DNA of 64,000 bases from Syntrophales bacterium (GTDB lineage Bacteria > Desulfobacterota > Syntrophia > Syntrophales > UBA4778). The stretch spans positions 62,001 to 126,000 of the forward strand of contig CAXXQE010000001.1 of the NCBI GenBank assembly GCA_963665615.2, read 5' to 3'. Shown here piece by piece: positions 1 through 10,000 of this stretch. The position numbers were made by a program, and so were the translations under genes. The notes beneath the pieces were generated by a model. The model made no database searches. It was given only the letters and a program-made list of their open reading frames with translations, and was not told the origin of the DNA. Numbering within the stretch: position 1 is the stretch's first letter; each line of letters begins with the position of its first letter.

Positions 1-399
1 ATCGAAGTTTCCGTCGGGGAAGGGCAGGTGGAGGGCGTCGGCCTGCTGCAAGACAATTCTCTCCGTGAGTCTCTTCTTTTCGATCTTTCGGCGACCAACT
101 GCCATCATGTCCTCGGCCAGATCGATGCCGTTCACGAAGATGGCGGGGTTTCGGACAGCCGCTTCGATGGCTAGATCCGCCGTTCCCGTTGCCACATCAA
201 GGAGTCGATACGTCTTGAAGAAGCGCATCCGTCGCACGGCGCCCCGGCGCCAGAGGATGTCCTGCCCCAGGCTCAGGAAGTGATTCAAAAAGTCGTATTC
301 TTTGTTAATTGACGAGAAGATGTCTGCGACGATCCGCTTTTGCGTTCCCGCATCCGCCTTACTCAAAGCGGGGGTATCCCTCCGTGGTGTTTCCTGCAT
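1..399 (-). CDS. menG: UbiE/MenG-family (demethylmenaquinone) methyltransferase, truncated by window start
   Basis: Manual translation from ATG 399: IFSSINKEYDFLNHFLSLGQDILWRR...LLDVATGTADLA...DALHLPFPD. Follows menA. Confidence 0.88.
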   Translation of the reverse strand, partial: MQETPRRDTPALSKADAGTQKRIVADIFSSINKEYDFLNHFLSLGQDILWRRGAVRRMRFFKTYRLLDVATGTADLAIEAAVRNPAIFVNGIDLAEDMMAVGRRKIEKKRLTERIVLQQADALHLPFPDGNFD

Positions 400-464
400 T
401 TTCCGGTTTCATGTTTGTAGCACCCACTTATTTAATATCAAGCAAGAAGGTCGAGATTGCTGTG

Positions 465-1442
465 TCAGACCGGCAATGATGTTTCGAAGATCAGTGCGAG
501 CACGTATCCCGCGATCAGTCCTACGCCGGTCAGGAAGTGAACTTTGATCATGGCGAGATTGGCCGGGGCCATCTGAAGGGGATCCCGATAGTGTCGCCTC
601 AATATGCGAACGGATCGCCAGCCGAGCGGCAAACTGGAAAGTCCGAGCAAAGTGAAGGGGGGAACCAGTTTCAAGCCGACGGCGAAAAACAGTGTCGCGT
701 AAGCCAGGAACAGCCCCAGGATGTAGAGGCGGACGCCGGCCTCCCTTCCGAATCGTGCAACGAGCGTCATCTTGCCCGCGCGCCGATCCCCTTCGTAGTC
801 TGGAATTTCGTTGATAATGATCATGGACCACATCATCCAGCCTAAAATGAGAGAAACGAGGAGGGGTTCCAGAGCAAGGGTGCGTGCCTGAACGTAATAA
901 GCACCAAGTCCGATCACGGGCCCGAAGTTGACGAGAAGCCCTAATTCGCCGAAGCCCCGGTAACCGAATTTGATCGGGGGCACCGTATAAAAAATAGAGC
1001 ACAGCAAGCCGAAGATGCCAAAGGCCAGAACCGGCCAGCCCTTGAGCGCCGTAAGATAAAGCCCGATTGCCACCGTAATGGTGAAACAAATAGCCGAGGC
1101 GATCAGGACCTGTCGAACCGATAACAGGTTGTTTGTAATGACGCCGCTGCCGCCGGCATAGGGATTCTTCTCGTCCGGCCCGGTGTCGTCGACAAAATGC
1201 AGGTAGTCGACGGCATCGTCAAGAAGGTTCAAACCGAAGTGATTGACAGTAACGCCGATGACCACGAGGAAAAAGGCCGTCGCATCAAACGACCGGCCAT
1301 GGACGGCAGGGATCAGACCGCAGAGGATTGCCGGCAGAAAACTCGGCGGTACAAAATGAACGCGAAGGGCCTGCAGCCAGACGCTGAAGAGGCTGCGGCC
1401 GTTGCGATCGGCTGCTTGTGCGGCTGCTGTTCTTAAACGCAT
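465..1442 (-). CDS. menA: UbiA-family prenyltransferase (DHNA prenyltransferase, MenA-like)
   Basis: Multi-TM protein with NLLDDAVDY and NEIPDYEGDRRAGKMTL aspartate-rich motifs. Confidence 0.8.
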   Translation of the reverse strand: MRLRTAAAQAADRNGRSLFSVWLQALRVHFVPPSFLPAILCGLIPAVHGRSFDATAFFLVVIGVTVNHFGLNLLDDAVDYLHFVDDTGPDEKNPYAGGSGVITNNLLSVRQVLIASAICFTITVAIGLYLTALKGWPVLAFGIFGLLCSIFYTVPPIKFGYRGFGELGLLVNFGPVIGLGAYYVQARTLALEPLLVSLILGWMMWSMIIINEIPDYEGDRRAGKMTLVARFGREAGVRLYILGLFLAYATLFFAVGLKLVPPFTLLGLSSLPLGWRSVRILRRHYRDPLQMAPANLAMIKVHFLTGVGLIAGYVLALIFETSLPV

Positions 1443-1483
1443 GATCGTTCCTTTGCTCCGGCGCGGCGTCCGTCGCCTTAAAC

Positions 1484-3505
1484 TTACTTCTTTAACAGTT
1501 TCATCGCCCGCTCGCAGACGTTCTCCACAGAGAACCCGTAAGCCTGCATGAGCCTGTCGCCGGGCGCGGAACTGCCGAAATGATCGATGCCGAGCACGTC
1601 CCCCTGGTCGCCGATGTATTTGTGCCAGCCCTGACTGGCGCCTGCTTCCACTGCCAACCGGGGTTGTGCCGAACGCGGCAGAACGCTTTCTCGGTAAGCA
1701 TCCGGCTCACGGTCGAAGAGTTCCCAGCTCGGCATCGAGACGATGCGCGCCTGGATGCCCTTATCCAGGAGTTTTTCTCGCGCCGCTACGATCAGTTGCA
1801 CCTCTGAGCCCGAAGCGATCAGGATAATGTCCGGCCGTTTATCCGGGGCATCGGCGAGAATATAGGCGCCCCGTTCAAGGCCTTCGGCAGATGCCAGCTC
1901 AGAGCGATCAAGGGTCGGGACGTTCTGGCGTGTCAGAATCAACGCCACGGGTTTATCGGGCCCTTCAATGGCCGCTCGCCAGGCAGTGGCGGTTTCGTTG
2001 GCGTCGCAGGGGCGAATGACGACCAGGCCGGGGATTGCCCGCAGTCCGGCCAATTGCTCAATGGGCTGGTGGGTCGGACCGTCTTCGCCGACGCCGATGG
2101 AGTCGTGCGTAAAGACGTAGATCGTTTTGAGCTTCATGAGTGCAGCCAGCCGGATGGGCGGGCGCATGTAATCGGAGAAAACCAGAAAGGTCGACCCGTA
2201 GGGGATGATGCCGCCGTGTGCGGCCAGGCCATTCATGATCGATCCCATGGCGTGTTCCCGGACGCCGAAGTGGATGTTGCGCCCGGCGAAGGACCAGGTA
2301 TTTGCGGAGGATTTTTCCGGGCCGAAATCCCCCATGCCAGCGAGGACCGTCTTGGTCGAGGGGTTGAGATCCGCCGAGCCGCCGATGAGCGCCGGCAGCT
2401 TCGGGCCGATTGCATTGAGGATCTTTTCGGAGGCGGCGCGAGTGGCTAAACCTTTCGGATCGGTCGGGAAGGACGGGATCTGTGCATTCCAGTCATCCGG
2501 AAGTTTACCGTTGATAGCGGCGGTCAGTTCGTCAGCCAGTTCCGGATAGGCCCGCGCGTAAGCTTCCAAAGCAGACTGCCAGGCCGACGCCTGCTCGATT
2601 CCCTGGCGGGTGCTTGACTGAAAATGGTCGAGGGCTTCTGCTGGAACATGGAAGGCGGGGGTCTCCGGCCATCCCAGGTTTTGTTTCGTCTTCAGCAGGT
2701 TATCCTTGCCGAGCGGTTCACCGTGCGCCTTGCAGGAGTCCTGGACCGGGGAGCCGAAACCGATATGCGTCCGGATCAGGATCAGCGACGGACGGGCTGT
2801 GTCCTGCTTGGCCTCGCCGATGGCGCGGTCGATGGCGTCGAGGTCGTTGCCGTCCGCGACGGCAAGCGTCTGCCACCCCATCGCTGCAAAGCGTTCAGCG
2901 ACATTTTCCGTAAACGCGACATCCGCGGGTCCAGCGAGTGTGATCTGGTTGTCGTCATAGAGATAGATGAGCTTGCCGAGCTTCAGATGGCCTGCCAGCG
3001 AGGCCGCCTCGTAGGCCACGCCCTCCATGAGATCGCCGTCTCCAGCGATGCCGAAGGTGTAGTGGTCTATGATCGTGTGGCCGGGCCGGTTGAAGCGGGC
3101 GGCGAGATGGGCCTCCGCGATGGCCATACCGACGCCCCCGGCGAATCCCTGTCCCAGGGGGCCGGTTGTAAGTTCCACCCCGGGGGTATGGGTCCTTTCG
3201 GGATGTCCCGGCGTCAGGCTGTCCCACTGACGGAAATTCCCCAGTTCGTCCAGGGAGACGCCGTATCCGTATACATGCAGGAGGCTATAGAGCAGGGCGG
3301 ATCCGTGCCCGGCGGAGAGGATAAATCGGTCGCGATCGAACCACGCCGGATCAGCCGGGGTGTGTTTGAGGTGGCGGCTCCAGAGAACGTAAGCCATCGG
3401 GGCCGCTCCGAGCGGCAGGCCCGGGTGGCCGCTGGCGGCCTTTTGAATCATATCGACCGAGAGAAATCGGAGTGTATTGACGCACAGCTGATCCAGCCGG
3501 TTCAT
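1484..3505 (-). CDS. tkt: Transketolase
   Basis: [13 protein letters not shown] and [16 protein letters not shown] motifs. Start placed at MNRLDQ after a GGAGG RBS. Confidence 0.97.
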   Translation of the reverse strand: MNRLDQLCVNTLRFLSVDMIQKAASGHPGLPLGAAPMAYVLWSRHLKHTPADPAWFDRDRFILSAGHGSALLYSLLHVYGYGVSLDELGNFRQWDSLTPGHPERTHTPGVELTTGPLGQGFAGGVGMAIAEAHLAARFNRPGHTIIDHYTFGIAGDGDLMEGVAYEAASLAGHLKLGKLIYLYDDNQITLAGPADVAFTENVAERFAAMGWQTLAVADGNDLDAIDRAIGEAKQDTARPSLILIRTHIGFGSPVQDSCKAHGEPLGKDNLLKTKQNLGWPETPAFHVPAEALDHFQSSTRQGIEQASAWQSALEAYARAYPELADELTAAINGKLPDDWNAQIPSFPTDPKGLATRAASEKILNAIGPKLPALIGGSADLNPSTKTVLAGMGDFGPEKSSANTWSFAGRNIHFGVREHAMGSIMNGLAAHGGIIPYGSTFLVFSDYMRPPIRLAALMKLKTIYVFTHDSIGVGEDGPTHQPIEQLAGLRAIPGLVVIRPCDANETATAWRAAIEGPDKPVALILTRQNVPTLDRSELASAEGLERGAYILADAPDKRPDIILIASGSEVQLIVAAREKLLDKGIQARIVSMPSWELFDREPDAYRESVLPRSAQPRLAVEAGASQGWHKYIGDQGDVLGIDHFGSSAPGDRLMQAYGFSVENVCERAMKLLKK

Positions 3506-3626
3506 GGGACTTCCTCCTGTTACATTCTTTATGGGAGGCACTCTAGCAGGTATTGTGTTCGCCGCCAAGTAGTCAAAGCGGAGTTTTTTTGCAAAAAAGG
3601 TCGAGGCGCCGGCGTAGCGGATATCA

Positions 3627-3655
3627 TTGACCCACCGAACAAATCATTCTATATA
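3627..3655 (+). promoter_or_regulatory. Sigma70-type promoter candidate for cstA
   Basis: TTGACC-N17-TATATA, 32 nt before the ATG. Confidence 0.5.
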
Positions 3656-3687
3656 GATCGAAAAAAAGAGCAACGGGAGATAATCGA

Positions 3688-5526
3688 ATGAACGCCCTCT
3701 ATCTGTTGATCGCCGGCTTATGCGTGTTCGCGTTGTCCTATCGCTATTACGCTGCTTTTATCGCCGCCAAAGTCCTTATGCTCGACGACCGAAACGTGGC
3801 TCCGGCCGTCATGTGTCGAGATGACCATAATTACGTTCCGACGAACAAGTGGATTGTCTTCGGACACCATTTCGCGGCGATTGCAGGCGCGGGGCCCATG
3901 ATCGGTCCCGTCCTGGCGGCGCAGTATGGCTGGGGGCCTGGATTTATCTGGATTCTTCTGGGTTCGGTTTTTGCCGGTTGTGTCCACGACATGATCATTC
4001 TGTTCGCCTCTTTTCGCCACAAGGGGCAGTCCCTCTCCGTCATTGCGGAAAAGGATGTCGGTCGGTTGACGGGCGGCGTGACCGCCGTCGTCATTCTCTT
4101 TATCATCCTGGCGGCGCTGGCGGGTCTGGGCGTGGCCGTGGTCAATGCCCTTTTCAACAATCCCTGGGGCGTCTTCTCCATTGCGATGACGATCCCCATT
4201 GCCATGGCCGTCGGCGTCTATATGTTCAAGATCCGACCGGGCGCCATTCTGTCGGGATCGATAGCGGGCGTCGCGTTGGTTTGCGGCGCGGTCTTCCTGG
4301 GACCGACGGTAGCGGAGTCGTCAGTGGCCTTCTGGTTCGCCTTTGATAAACAGCAGCTCTCCATTTTGCTTCCGTTCTATGGGTTTTGCGCGGCGGCGCT
4401 GCCTGTTTGGTTCTTGCTGGCTCCTCGCGACTATCTGAGCACGTTCATGAAGATCGGCGTCATCGCGGCGCTGGCTATCGGTCTTTTTTTCGTCCATCCC
4501 GAAATAAAGATGCCGTTCGCGACGGACTTCATCCGAGGGGGCGGCCCGATTATTCCGGGTCCCTGCTGGCCCTATGTCTTTATTACCATTGCATGCGGCG
4601 CGATCTCCGGATTTCACGCCCTGATCGGTTCCGGGACAACGCCGAAGATGATCGAACGGGAAACGGAAATTCCCATGGTCAGCTACGGGGCGATGTTGGT
4701 CGAGGCCTTTGTCGCCATCATGGCCCTGCTCGCGGCGGTGACGTTGGCGCCCGGCGATTATTTCGCCATCAATACGTCCGCGGCGGCTTTCAAGGCGCTG
4801 AACATGAAAGTGACCGACTTGCCCGTGTTAAGTCAACTGGTGGGGCTTGATGTATCGCACCGTCCGGGCGGGGCCATATCGCTCGCCGTCGGCATGGCGC
4901 ATATCTTTTCCGGCATCGGCGAGGGGTTGCGGCATACGATGAAGTTTTGGTTCCAGTTCATCATTATGTTCGAGGCGCTCTTTATCCTGACCACCATCGA
5001 CGCAGGAACCCGCGTCGCCCGATACATTCTTCAGGATATCCTCGGGTATGTTTATAAACCGTTGGGAAGGAAAAACTGGATCCCCGGCGCCGTCGCGACG
5101 AGCGCCCTGGTGTCCTTGGCCTGGGGCTATCTTCTCTATACGGGGGACATCTCTTCGATCTGGCCCATGTTCGGTGCGACGAATCAGACTCTCTCCGCCC
5201 TGGCTTTGGCCATCGGGACGACGATTGTCTTGAGGGTCGGGCGGAAAAAGCGCTATGCGCTCATCACGCTCATTCCTTGCATCCTGATTACCGTAACGAC
5301 CTTTGCGGCTGGCGTGTTGAACATCCAGACCTATCTATTGAAGCATCAGATGCTCAATGCGGGCTTGAGCGTAGGGATTCTCTGCCTGGTCGTTTTGATT
5401 ATGATGGACAATGTGCGGGTGTGGTTGCTCCTGCTGAAAACGGATCGTCCCGTCGGCATGAACGATGAGCGCGATGCCATATACTGTCCGTTGGTGGAGG
5501 AGGGGACGGTCGACCCCAGACCGTAA
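3688..5526 (+). CDS. cstA: Carbon starvation protein A family (peptide/pyruvate transporter)
   Basis: GHHFAAIAGAGP, IACGAISGFH and LTTIDAGTRVARY motifs; multi-TM. Confidence 0.95.
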   Translation: MNALYLLIAGLCVFALSYRYYAAFIAAKVLMLDDRNVAPAVMCRDDHNYVPTNKWIVFGHHFAAIAGAGPMIGPVLAAQYGWGPGFIWILLGSVFAGCVHDMIILFASFRHKGQSLSVIAEKDVGRLTGGVTAVVILFIILAALAGLGVAVVNALFNNPWGVFSIAMTIPIAMAVGVYMFKIRPGAILSGSIAGVALVCGAVFLGPTVAESSVAFWFAFDKQQLSILLPFYGFCAAALPVWFLLAPRDYLSTFMKIGVIAALAIGLFFVHPEIKMPFATDFIRGGGPIIPGPCWPYVFITIACGAISGFHALIGSGTTPKMIERETEIPMVSYGAMLVEAFVAIMALLAAVTLAPGDYFAINTSAAAFKALNMKVTDLPVLSQLVGLDVSHRPGGAISLAVGMAHIFSGIGEGLRHTMKFWFQFIIMFEALFILTTIDAGTRVARYILQDILGYVYKPLGRKNWIPGAVATSALVSLAWGYLLYTGDISSIWPMFGATNQTLSALALAIGTTIVLRVGRKKRYALITLIPCILITVTTFAAGVLNIQTYLLKHQMLNAGLSVGILCLVVLIMMDNVRVWLLLLKTDRPVGMNDERDAIYCPLVEEGTVDPRP

Positions 5527-5645
5527 ATCGAGGCTAATGCCGCAGTGACAGGCGGTAAAATACCGACGTTGAGAAGTTGCGAGATTAAGAAGCTGAGAAA
5601 GAAATCATCAATGTGTCTTGGGTGATTAGCGAGATCAAAGCGGAA

Positions 5646-5686
5646 AAACAAAAGAGCCTCCCGGAAATCGGGAGGCTCTTTTGTTT
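5646..5686. terminator. Bidirectional intrinsic terminator
   Basis: AAACAAAAGAGCCTCCC-loop-GGGAGGCTCTTTTGTTT between convergent genes. Confidence 0.8.
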
Positions 5687-5697
5687 AATGGCGGAAA

Positions 5698-6174
5698 CTA
5701 GTCTCTGTCGTGGCCGTGACCGTGTTCATGACCGGGATGGCCCTTGTCCGATCCGGAACCGCGATCGTCCCTCCTATCATCTCTTCTGTCGTCCTTTCTG
5801 TCACCGCCTTCCCCGTGGCGTTCTTTTTGGTATTCTTCACGGTGCTTCTGATAATGCGGCACATAAGTATCATTATACCATTTATCTCGGACGAAATAGA
5901 CAGGCCGGCCGCAGGCATTGTACTCGTGGCAGTGCTTTTTCCAGTGCTTGGCATGCCCCGGCGGGACGCGCAGGTAGATCGGCGCCTCAACCGCCTGGGG
6001 CGGCGGGGCGATGATGACGGGTTGCGTATAGATGAGCTCCGGTCGCGGCGCATTTCCGATATCGATGCGGCCGTAAAATCCCGGCTGTCCGACACTGATG
6101 GACACGCCGACATCGGTGGCCTGTGCAGAAGCGGCTAGCAGCAGCATGATCAGAATGGAAAGAACAACTTTCAT
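5698..6174 (-). CDS. Secreted hypothetical protein with a charged His/Asp/Arg-rich tail
   Basis: Signal peptide MKVV...ASAQA, then GVSISVGQPGFYGRIDIG, VPPGHAKHW and DDRR repeats. AGGAG RBS. Confidence 0.75.
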   Translation of the reverse strand: MKVVLSILIMLLLAASAQATDVGVSISVGQPGFYGRIDIGNAPRPELIYTQPVIIAPPPQAVEAPIYLRVPPGHAKHWKKHCHEYNACGRPVYFVRDKWYNDTYVPHYQKHREEYQKERHGEGGDRKDDRRDDRRDDRGSGSDKGHPGHEHGHGHDRD

Positions 6175-6234
6175 GACAGTGACTCCTTCTTGTTGAAAAC
6201 GGAATGTTACACAGGGTGAGAGGTATATCAATAA

Positions 6235-6269
6235 GCGAGGGATGCCCTTTCCAGACAGGCATCCCTCGC
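6235..6269 (-). terminator. Hairpin downstream of the OmpA-family gene
   Basis: GCGAGGGATGCC...GGCATCCCTCGC inverted repeat just after the stop codon. Confidence 0.55.
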
Positions 6270-6281
6270 GCCAGTGCCGGT

Positions 6282-7622
6282 TTACTTCTTGATGATGTAA
6301 TCGACCGCGGCTTCAACGCGGCGATTCTTCATCCGACCCTCTTTCGTCTTGTTATCCGCGATCGGCTTTGAGAAGCCATAACCCTTCGCAGTCAGGCGGG
6401 AAGCGTCAATGCCGCCCTTCTTCACCAGATAGTCCTTGATCGCTTCGGCGCGCTTCAAAGAGAGTTTTTCGTTGTAAGCAGCCGTGCCAATGTTATCGGT
6501 GTGACCCTCAATGGCCAATTTCATGTCGGGATATGTCTTGAGGACATCGGCAAACTTATTGAGCTCCGCAAAGTACGGCTTTTTGACAACGGCCTTGTTG
6601 AAATCGAATTTGATGTCGATGGTGGCCCGGCCTTTCTCCATCAGTTCCTTCGCAACCGGCGTGGGCTCCTTGGCTGCGGCCAGCGTCTTGGCGCACGCGG
6701 TATTGCTCTGGACGGTTTCCTTCCCGTCTTTATCTACGGCGGTGACGGTATAGCAGTACCTGGAATCCGCCTTCAGCCCCATATCTTCCAGGTTGGGCGA
6801 GTTGCTGTTGGTCAGGAAAACGCCGTCGCGATAGATCTTGTATCCGGCGGCTTCATCGACGGCATCCCAGGTTGTGTCGATCTTGGAATCCGATTTGGCG
6901 GTGGCTTTCAGGTTGACAGGCGCGGCTAGAACTTTCGCAGCAGGGGCAACGGGCTCCGGGGCCGGTTCGGCAACGGGTGCCGGCGCTTGAGCGATTTGTT
7001 TTGCACCACCGAAATAATACGTTAACCCAAAGGTAAACATATTATTTCTTGCTTTCCCGTCGAACTCACCGCCACTCACATCCCATTTATATTTGCTTTG
7101 AATGAAGCGATAGCCCAGATCAGCCGTGAAATTGGGGGCAATATCGTACGCAACGCCGGCCATCAGTTGCCAGGCGAAAGCATTGTCGGATTCATCGATG
7201 GCGCCCAGTCCCCCCAGCGCCGATGCTTTGACTGATCCCCATGAGCAGCCGCCACCAACACCCACATAGGGATGAAATTTTCCTTCCGGCAATTTCGCAA
7301 TGAGATTGGCCATGAGATTATGCGCCTTAAAATCGCCATTGACGCCGGCTTCATTCACATCCTGCTTTGCCAGATAGGCGTACTCCAGTTCGGCTGAGAG
7401 CCACTTGAGACCCGGGAAATTATAACCGATTTTAGCGCCCACGCCCCAACTGTTATCGAGATCAACTTCGGTGGAATTTTCCAGTTTGAGGTCTTTGGGT
7501 ATGACATAGCCTCCGAAGATCCCAACGTATGGTCCCGGTTCTGAAGCGGGCACTTCATATGCGGTGACAAGAATCAAAATAGATACGAGCCCGAATAAAA
7601 GAATAGCAGAAAATCTTTTCAT
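6282..7622 (-). CDS. OmpA-family outer membrane protein (beta-barrel + FN3-like + peptidoglycan-binding domain)
   Basis: Signal peptide, barrel ending GLTYYF, Pro/Ala linker, GYKIYRDG...YCYTVTAVD, then IEGHTDNIG...NRRVE. Confidence 0.9.
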   Translation of the reverse strand: MKRFSAILLFGLVSILILVTAYEVPASEPGPYVGIFGGYVIPKDLKLENSTEVDLDNSWGVGAKIGYNFPGLKWLSAELEYAYLAKQDVNEAGVNGDFKAHNLMANLIAKLPEGKFHPYVGVGGGCSWGSVKASALGGLGAIDESDNAFAWQLMAGVAYDIAPNFTADLGYRFIQSKYKWDVSGGEFDGKARNNMFTFGLTYYFGGAKQIAQAPAPVAEPAPEPVAPAAKVLAAPVNLKATAKSDSKIDTTWDAVDEAAGYKIYRDGVFLTNSNSPNLEDMGLKADSRYCYTVTAVDKDGKETVQSNTACAKTLAAAKEPTPVAKELMEKGRATIDIKFDFNKAVVKKPYFAELNKFADVLKTYPDMKLAIEGHTDNIGTAAYNEKLSLKRAEAIKDYLVKKGGIDASRLTAKGYGFSKPIADNKTKEGRMKNRRVEAAVDYIIKK

Positions 7623-7844
7623 TTCTTATCCTCCTTTCATCATTTCGATTGTAAATAAGGCAGGGCTCTTTCCCCCTGTCTTATTTTAGGTTTTGTCAAT
7701 TCGGCAACCGTGCCTTCTCTACTTCGCCGTCATGGCTTTTACCTGAACATTGGTGTCCATTTTGCTCAATGGACCATATAGCGAATACACCATAACTCTT
7801 ATATGAAAAAAAAACAAGCCGCCTGCCAGCCCTTGGAGGGGCCT

Positions 7845-8555
7845 TCACTCCGGAGGAAAAGTCAAACGCCCGCCGAACCAACCGACAATGGAGACCACGG
7901 GGGCCAGAAGGAAAATGAGCGCACTGTAGAGGGGACAGGGCGTCGTTGGGCAGATCGGTGCGGGCATGCTCAGGCGCCAGCCCAAAAGGATTGCGGCCAA
8001 GGCCAGTAGCGACCATGAGCAGATAATCTTGATGCGGACCGCTTTGACCGGGCGTCTGTCGTAATTGATAAACCAGGTCGCATAGCCAGAGGCAATTGCC
8101 ATAGGGGTGAAGAGAACCCCCGCCGCCAGACAGTGAAGCGACGTTTGTTCCAGAGATGCGTTTCCAGACAACAGGGAGAGGACGTAGAACAACGGTGTCA
8201 GGATAAAGAGGCAAATGGGAAAATGAACCATCATCGGGTGCGGGTGGCGCTTGAGAAAGGGGAAGCGATTCAGCAGGGATCGCCGGTCCTCGGGCGGTGG
8301 AACCGCGTCGCGTCGCCCAGGCGTCTCCTCAAGGGTTGCGATCTGGGGCACTCTTTCAAGGACCTCCGGTCCGTGCGGCGCCTTGGGCAGCTGCTCGGTC
8401 AGATCCTCGCCCGCATGGTGCCTGCGCATGTGGGTCCCGTCGGCCCATAGCCTGCTGCCGCTGACGTCGTAAATCTTGCCGTTGTAAGCGATGCAGGCGG
8501 GTTTCCCGTCCCTGCCGTTCATCTCCTCGAGTTGTTTGCGGTGGATCGTGTCCAT
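7845..8555 (-). CDS. Cytochrome b5-like heme/steroid-binding domain fused to a DUF2231-type membrane domain
   Basis: IAYNGKIYDVS, HHAGEDLT and APHG motifs, then HPHPMMVHFPI and TM helices. Confidence 0.8.
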   Translation of the reverse strand: MDTIHRKQLEEMNGRDGKPACIAYNGKIYDVSGSRLWADGTHMRRHHAGEDLTEQLPKAPHGPEVLERVPQIATLEETPGRRDAVPPPEDRRSLLNRFPFLKRHPHPMMVHFPICLFILTPLFYVLSLLSGNASLEQTSLHCLAAGVLFTPMAIASGYATWFINYDRRPVKAVRIKIICSWSLLALAAILLGWRLSMPAPICPTTPCPLYSALIFLLAPVVSIVGWFGGRLTFPPE

Positions 8556-8586
8556 GGCGACTTCTCCCCGTCGTCCGAATATGGGC

Positions 8587-9948
8587 CTATTCAAAGGCGA
8601 TGCCGTACCGCTCGAGTTTTCTTTCCAGGGTCGGCCTGCTGATCCCGAGGGCTTCGCAGATCTCTCCCTTGTTGTGTCCCACCAGTTCGATGACCTTGCG
8701 GATGTGCTGTTCCTCGACTTCATCGAGCGTGAGGATACGTTGCGGCGCAGAATCCTGTTGAGGATGCGTTGGTCGGGTGGTGTCTCCGCTGAGCAGATCG
8801 GGGAAGTCTCCCTGACCCAGCACATGGCTTTTGGCGACGACGGCCGCCCGCACCAGGAGATTCTCGAGTTCGCGAACATTGCCGGGCCAGCTGTATTGCT
8901 TGAAAACCGACATCATATCGTCGGAGATGCCGGCGATCTTTTTATGTAACTCGAGGTTGATCTTGTTGAGCAGGTAATCCACGAGAATCGGCAGGTCGTC
9001 TTTTCTCTCCCTTAGCGGCGGAATACGAATGGTGACGATGTTAAGCCGGTAGTAGAGGTCGTCGCGAAAGCGGCCCTCCTCCACCATCTGTTTGAGATCT
9101 TTGTTGGTCGCGGCGATTACGCGGGCATTGATCTTGACGGTATCCTTGCCGCCGACCCGCTCCACTTCCATCTCCTGCAGAACCCTCAGGAGTTTGGCCT
9201 GAAGGTTGAGCGACATCTCGCTGATCTCGTCGAGAAAGACGGTCCCGTAACGCGCCAGCTCGAACTTTCCCAGCTTCTTGTTGATGGCGCCGGTGAAGGA
9301 TCCCTTTTCGTGACCGAAGAGCTCAGATTCCAGCAGGGTATCGACGATGGCCGAGCAGTTGACAGCGATGTAAGGCTCGGCCGGCGCGGTGTTGTTGTGA
9401 ATGACCTTGGCGATCAATTCCTTTCCGGTTCCGCTTTCCCCTTGAATCAGAACGGTCGTGCGGCTTTGGGACACCACGCCGATGGTCTTGAAAACCTCGC
9501 GCATGCCCTTGCCGCCGCCGATGATGTCGCCGAATTTGAAGTTCCGGGACGGTTCCATCAGCATTCCGTCGATCTTCCGTTCCATCTCGTTGGTTTGCAA
9601 CGCCTTCTGGATGGCGATCTCCAGTTCGTCGATATTGATCGGCTTGTGGATGTAATCGAAAGCGCCTTCCCGCATGGCCCGGATGGTCGTCTCCATGTCG
9701 TGGTGAGCCGTAATCATGATGACCTTGGCGTTTTCGTTTTCTTCCCGAAGATCCTCGAGAACGGTGAACCCGTCGATGTCCGGAAGCCGGATATCCAGGA
9801 TTACGACATCGGGCGCATTTTGGACGGCCCGATTCAAGCCGCTGGTGCCGGTATTGGCCACCTCCACAGTGTAGCCCTCTTCCGTCAGATAGAGTCGCAG
9901 GCTCTCGGAGATGGACTTGTCGTCGTCGATAACCAGAATTTTCGCCAT
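8587..9948 (-). CDS. Sigma-54-dependent NtrC/AtoC-family response regulator
   Basis: REC domain, GESGTGKE, ESELFGHEKGSFTGA, WPGNVRELEN and a Fis-type HTH. Confidence 0.95.
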   Translation of the reverse strand: MAKILVIDDDKSISESLRLYLTEEGYTVEVANTGTSGLNRAVQNAPDVVILDIRLPDIDGFTVLEDLREENENAKVIMITAHHDMETTIRAMREGAFDYIHKPINIDELEIAIQKALQTNEMERKIDGMLMEPSRNFKFGDIIGGGKGMREVFKTIGVVSQSRTTVLIQGESGTGKELIAKVIHNNTAPAEPYIAVNCSAIVDTLLESELFGHEKGSFTGAINKKLGKFELARYGTVFLDEISEMSLNLQAKLLRVLQEMEVERVGGKDTVKINARVIAATNKDLKQMVEEGRFRDDLYYRLNIVTIRIPPLRERKDDLPILVDYLLNKINLELHKKIAGISDDMMSVFKQYSWPGNVRELENLLVRAAVVAKSHVLGQGDFPDLLSGDTTRPTHPQQDSAPQRILTLDEVEEQHIRKVIELVGHNKGEICEALGISRPTLERKLERYGIAFE

Positions 9949-10000
9949 AGAGTGTCGTCCTGTGTCGGTTCTTAAAGCGTCCGGTGTCCGGTTTTGTTTC

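Noticed and set aside
2624..3691. Long antisense or alternate-frame ORFs (also 9911-11029, 16044-17465, 21627-22700, 36148-37134, 37324-38271, 51401-52528)
   Set aside because: They overlap well-supported genes, have no recognisable motifs and are expected shadows in GC-rich coding DNA.
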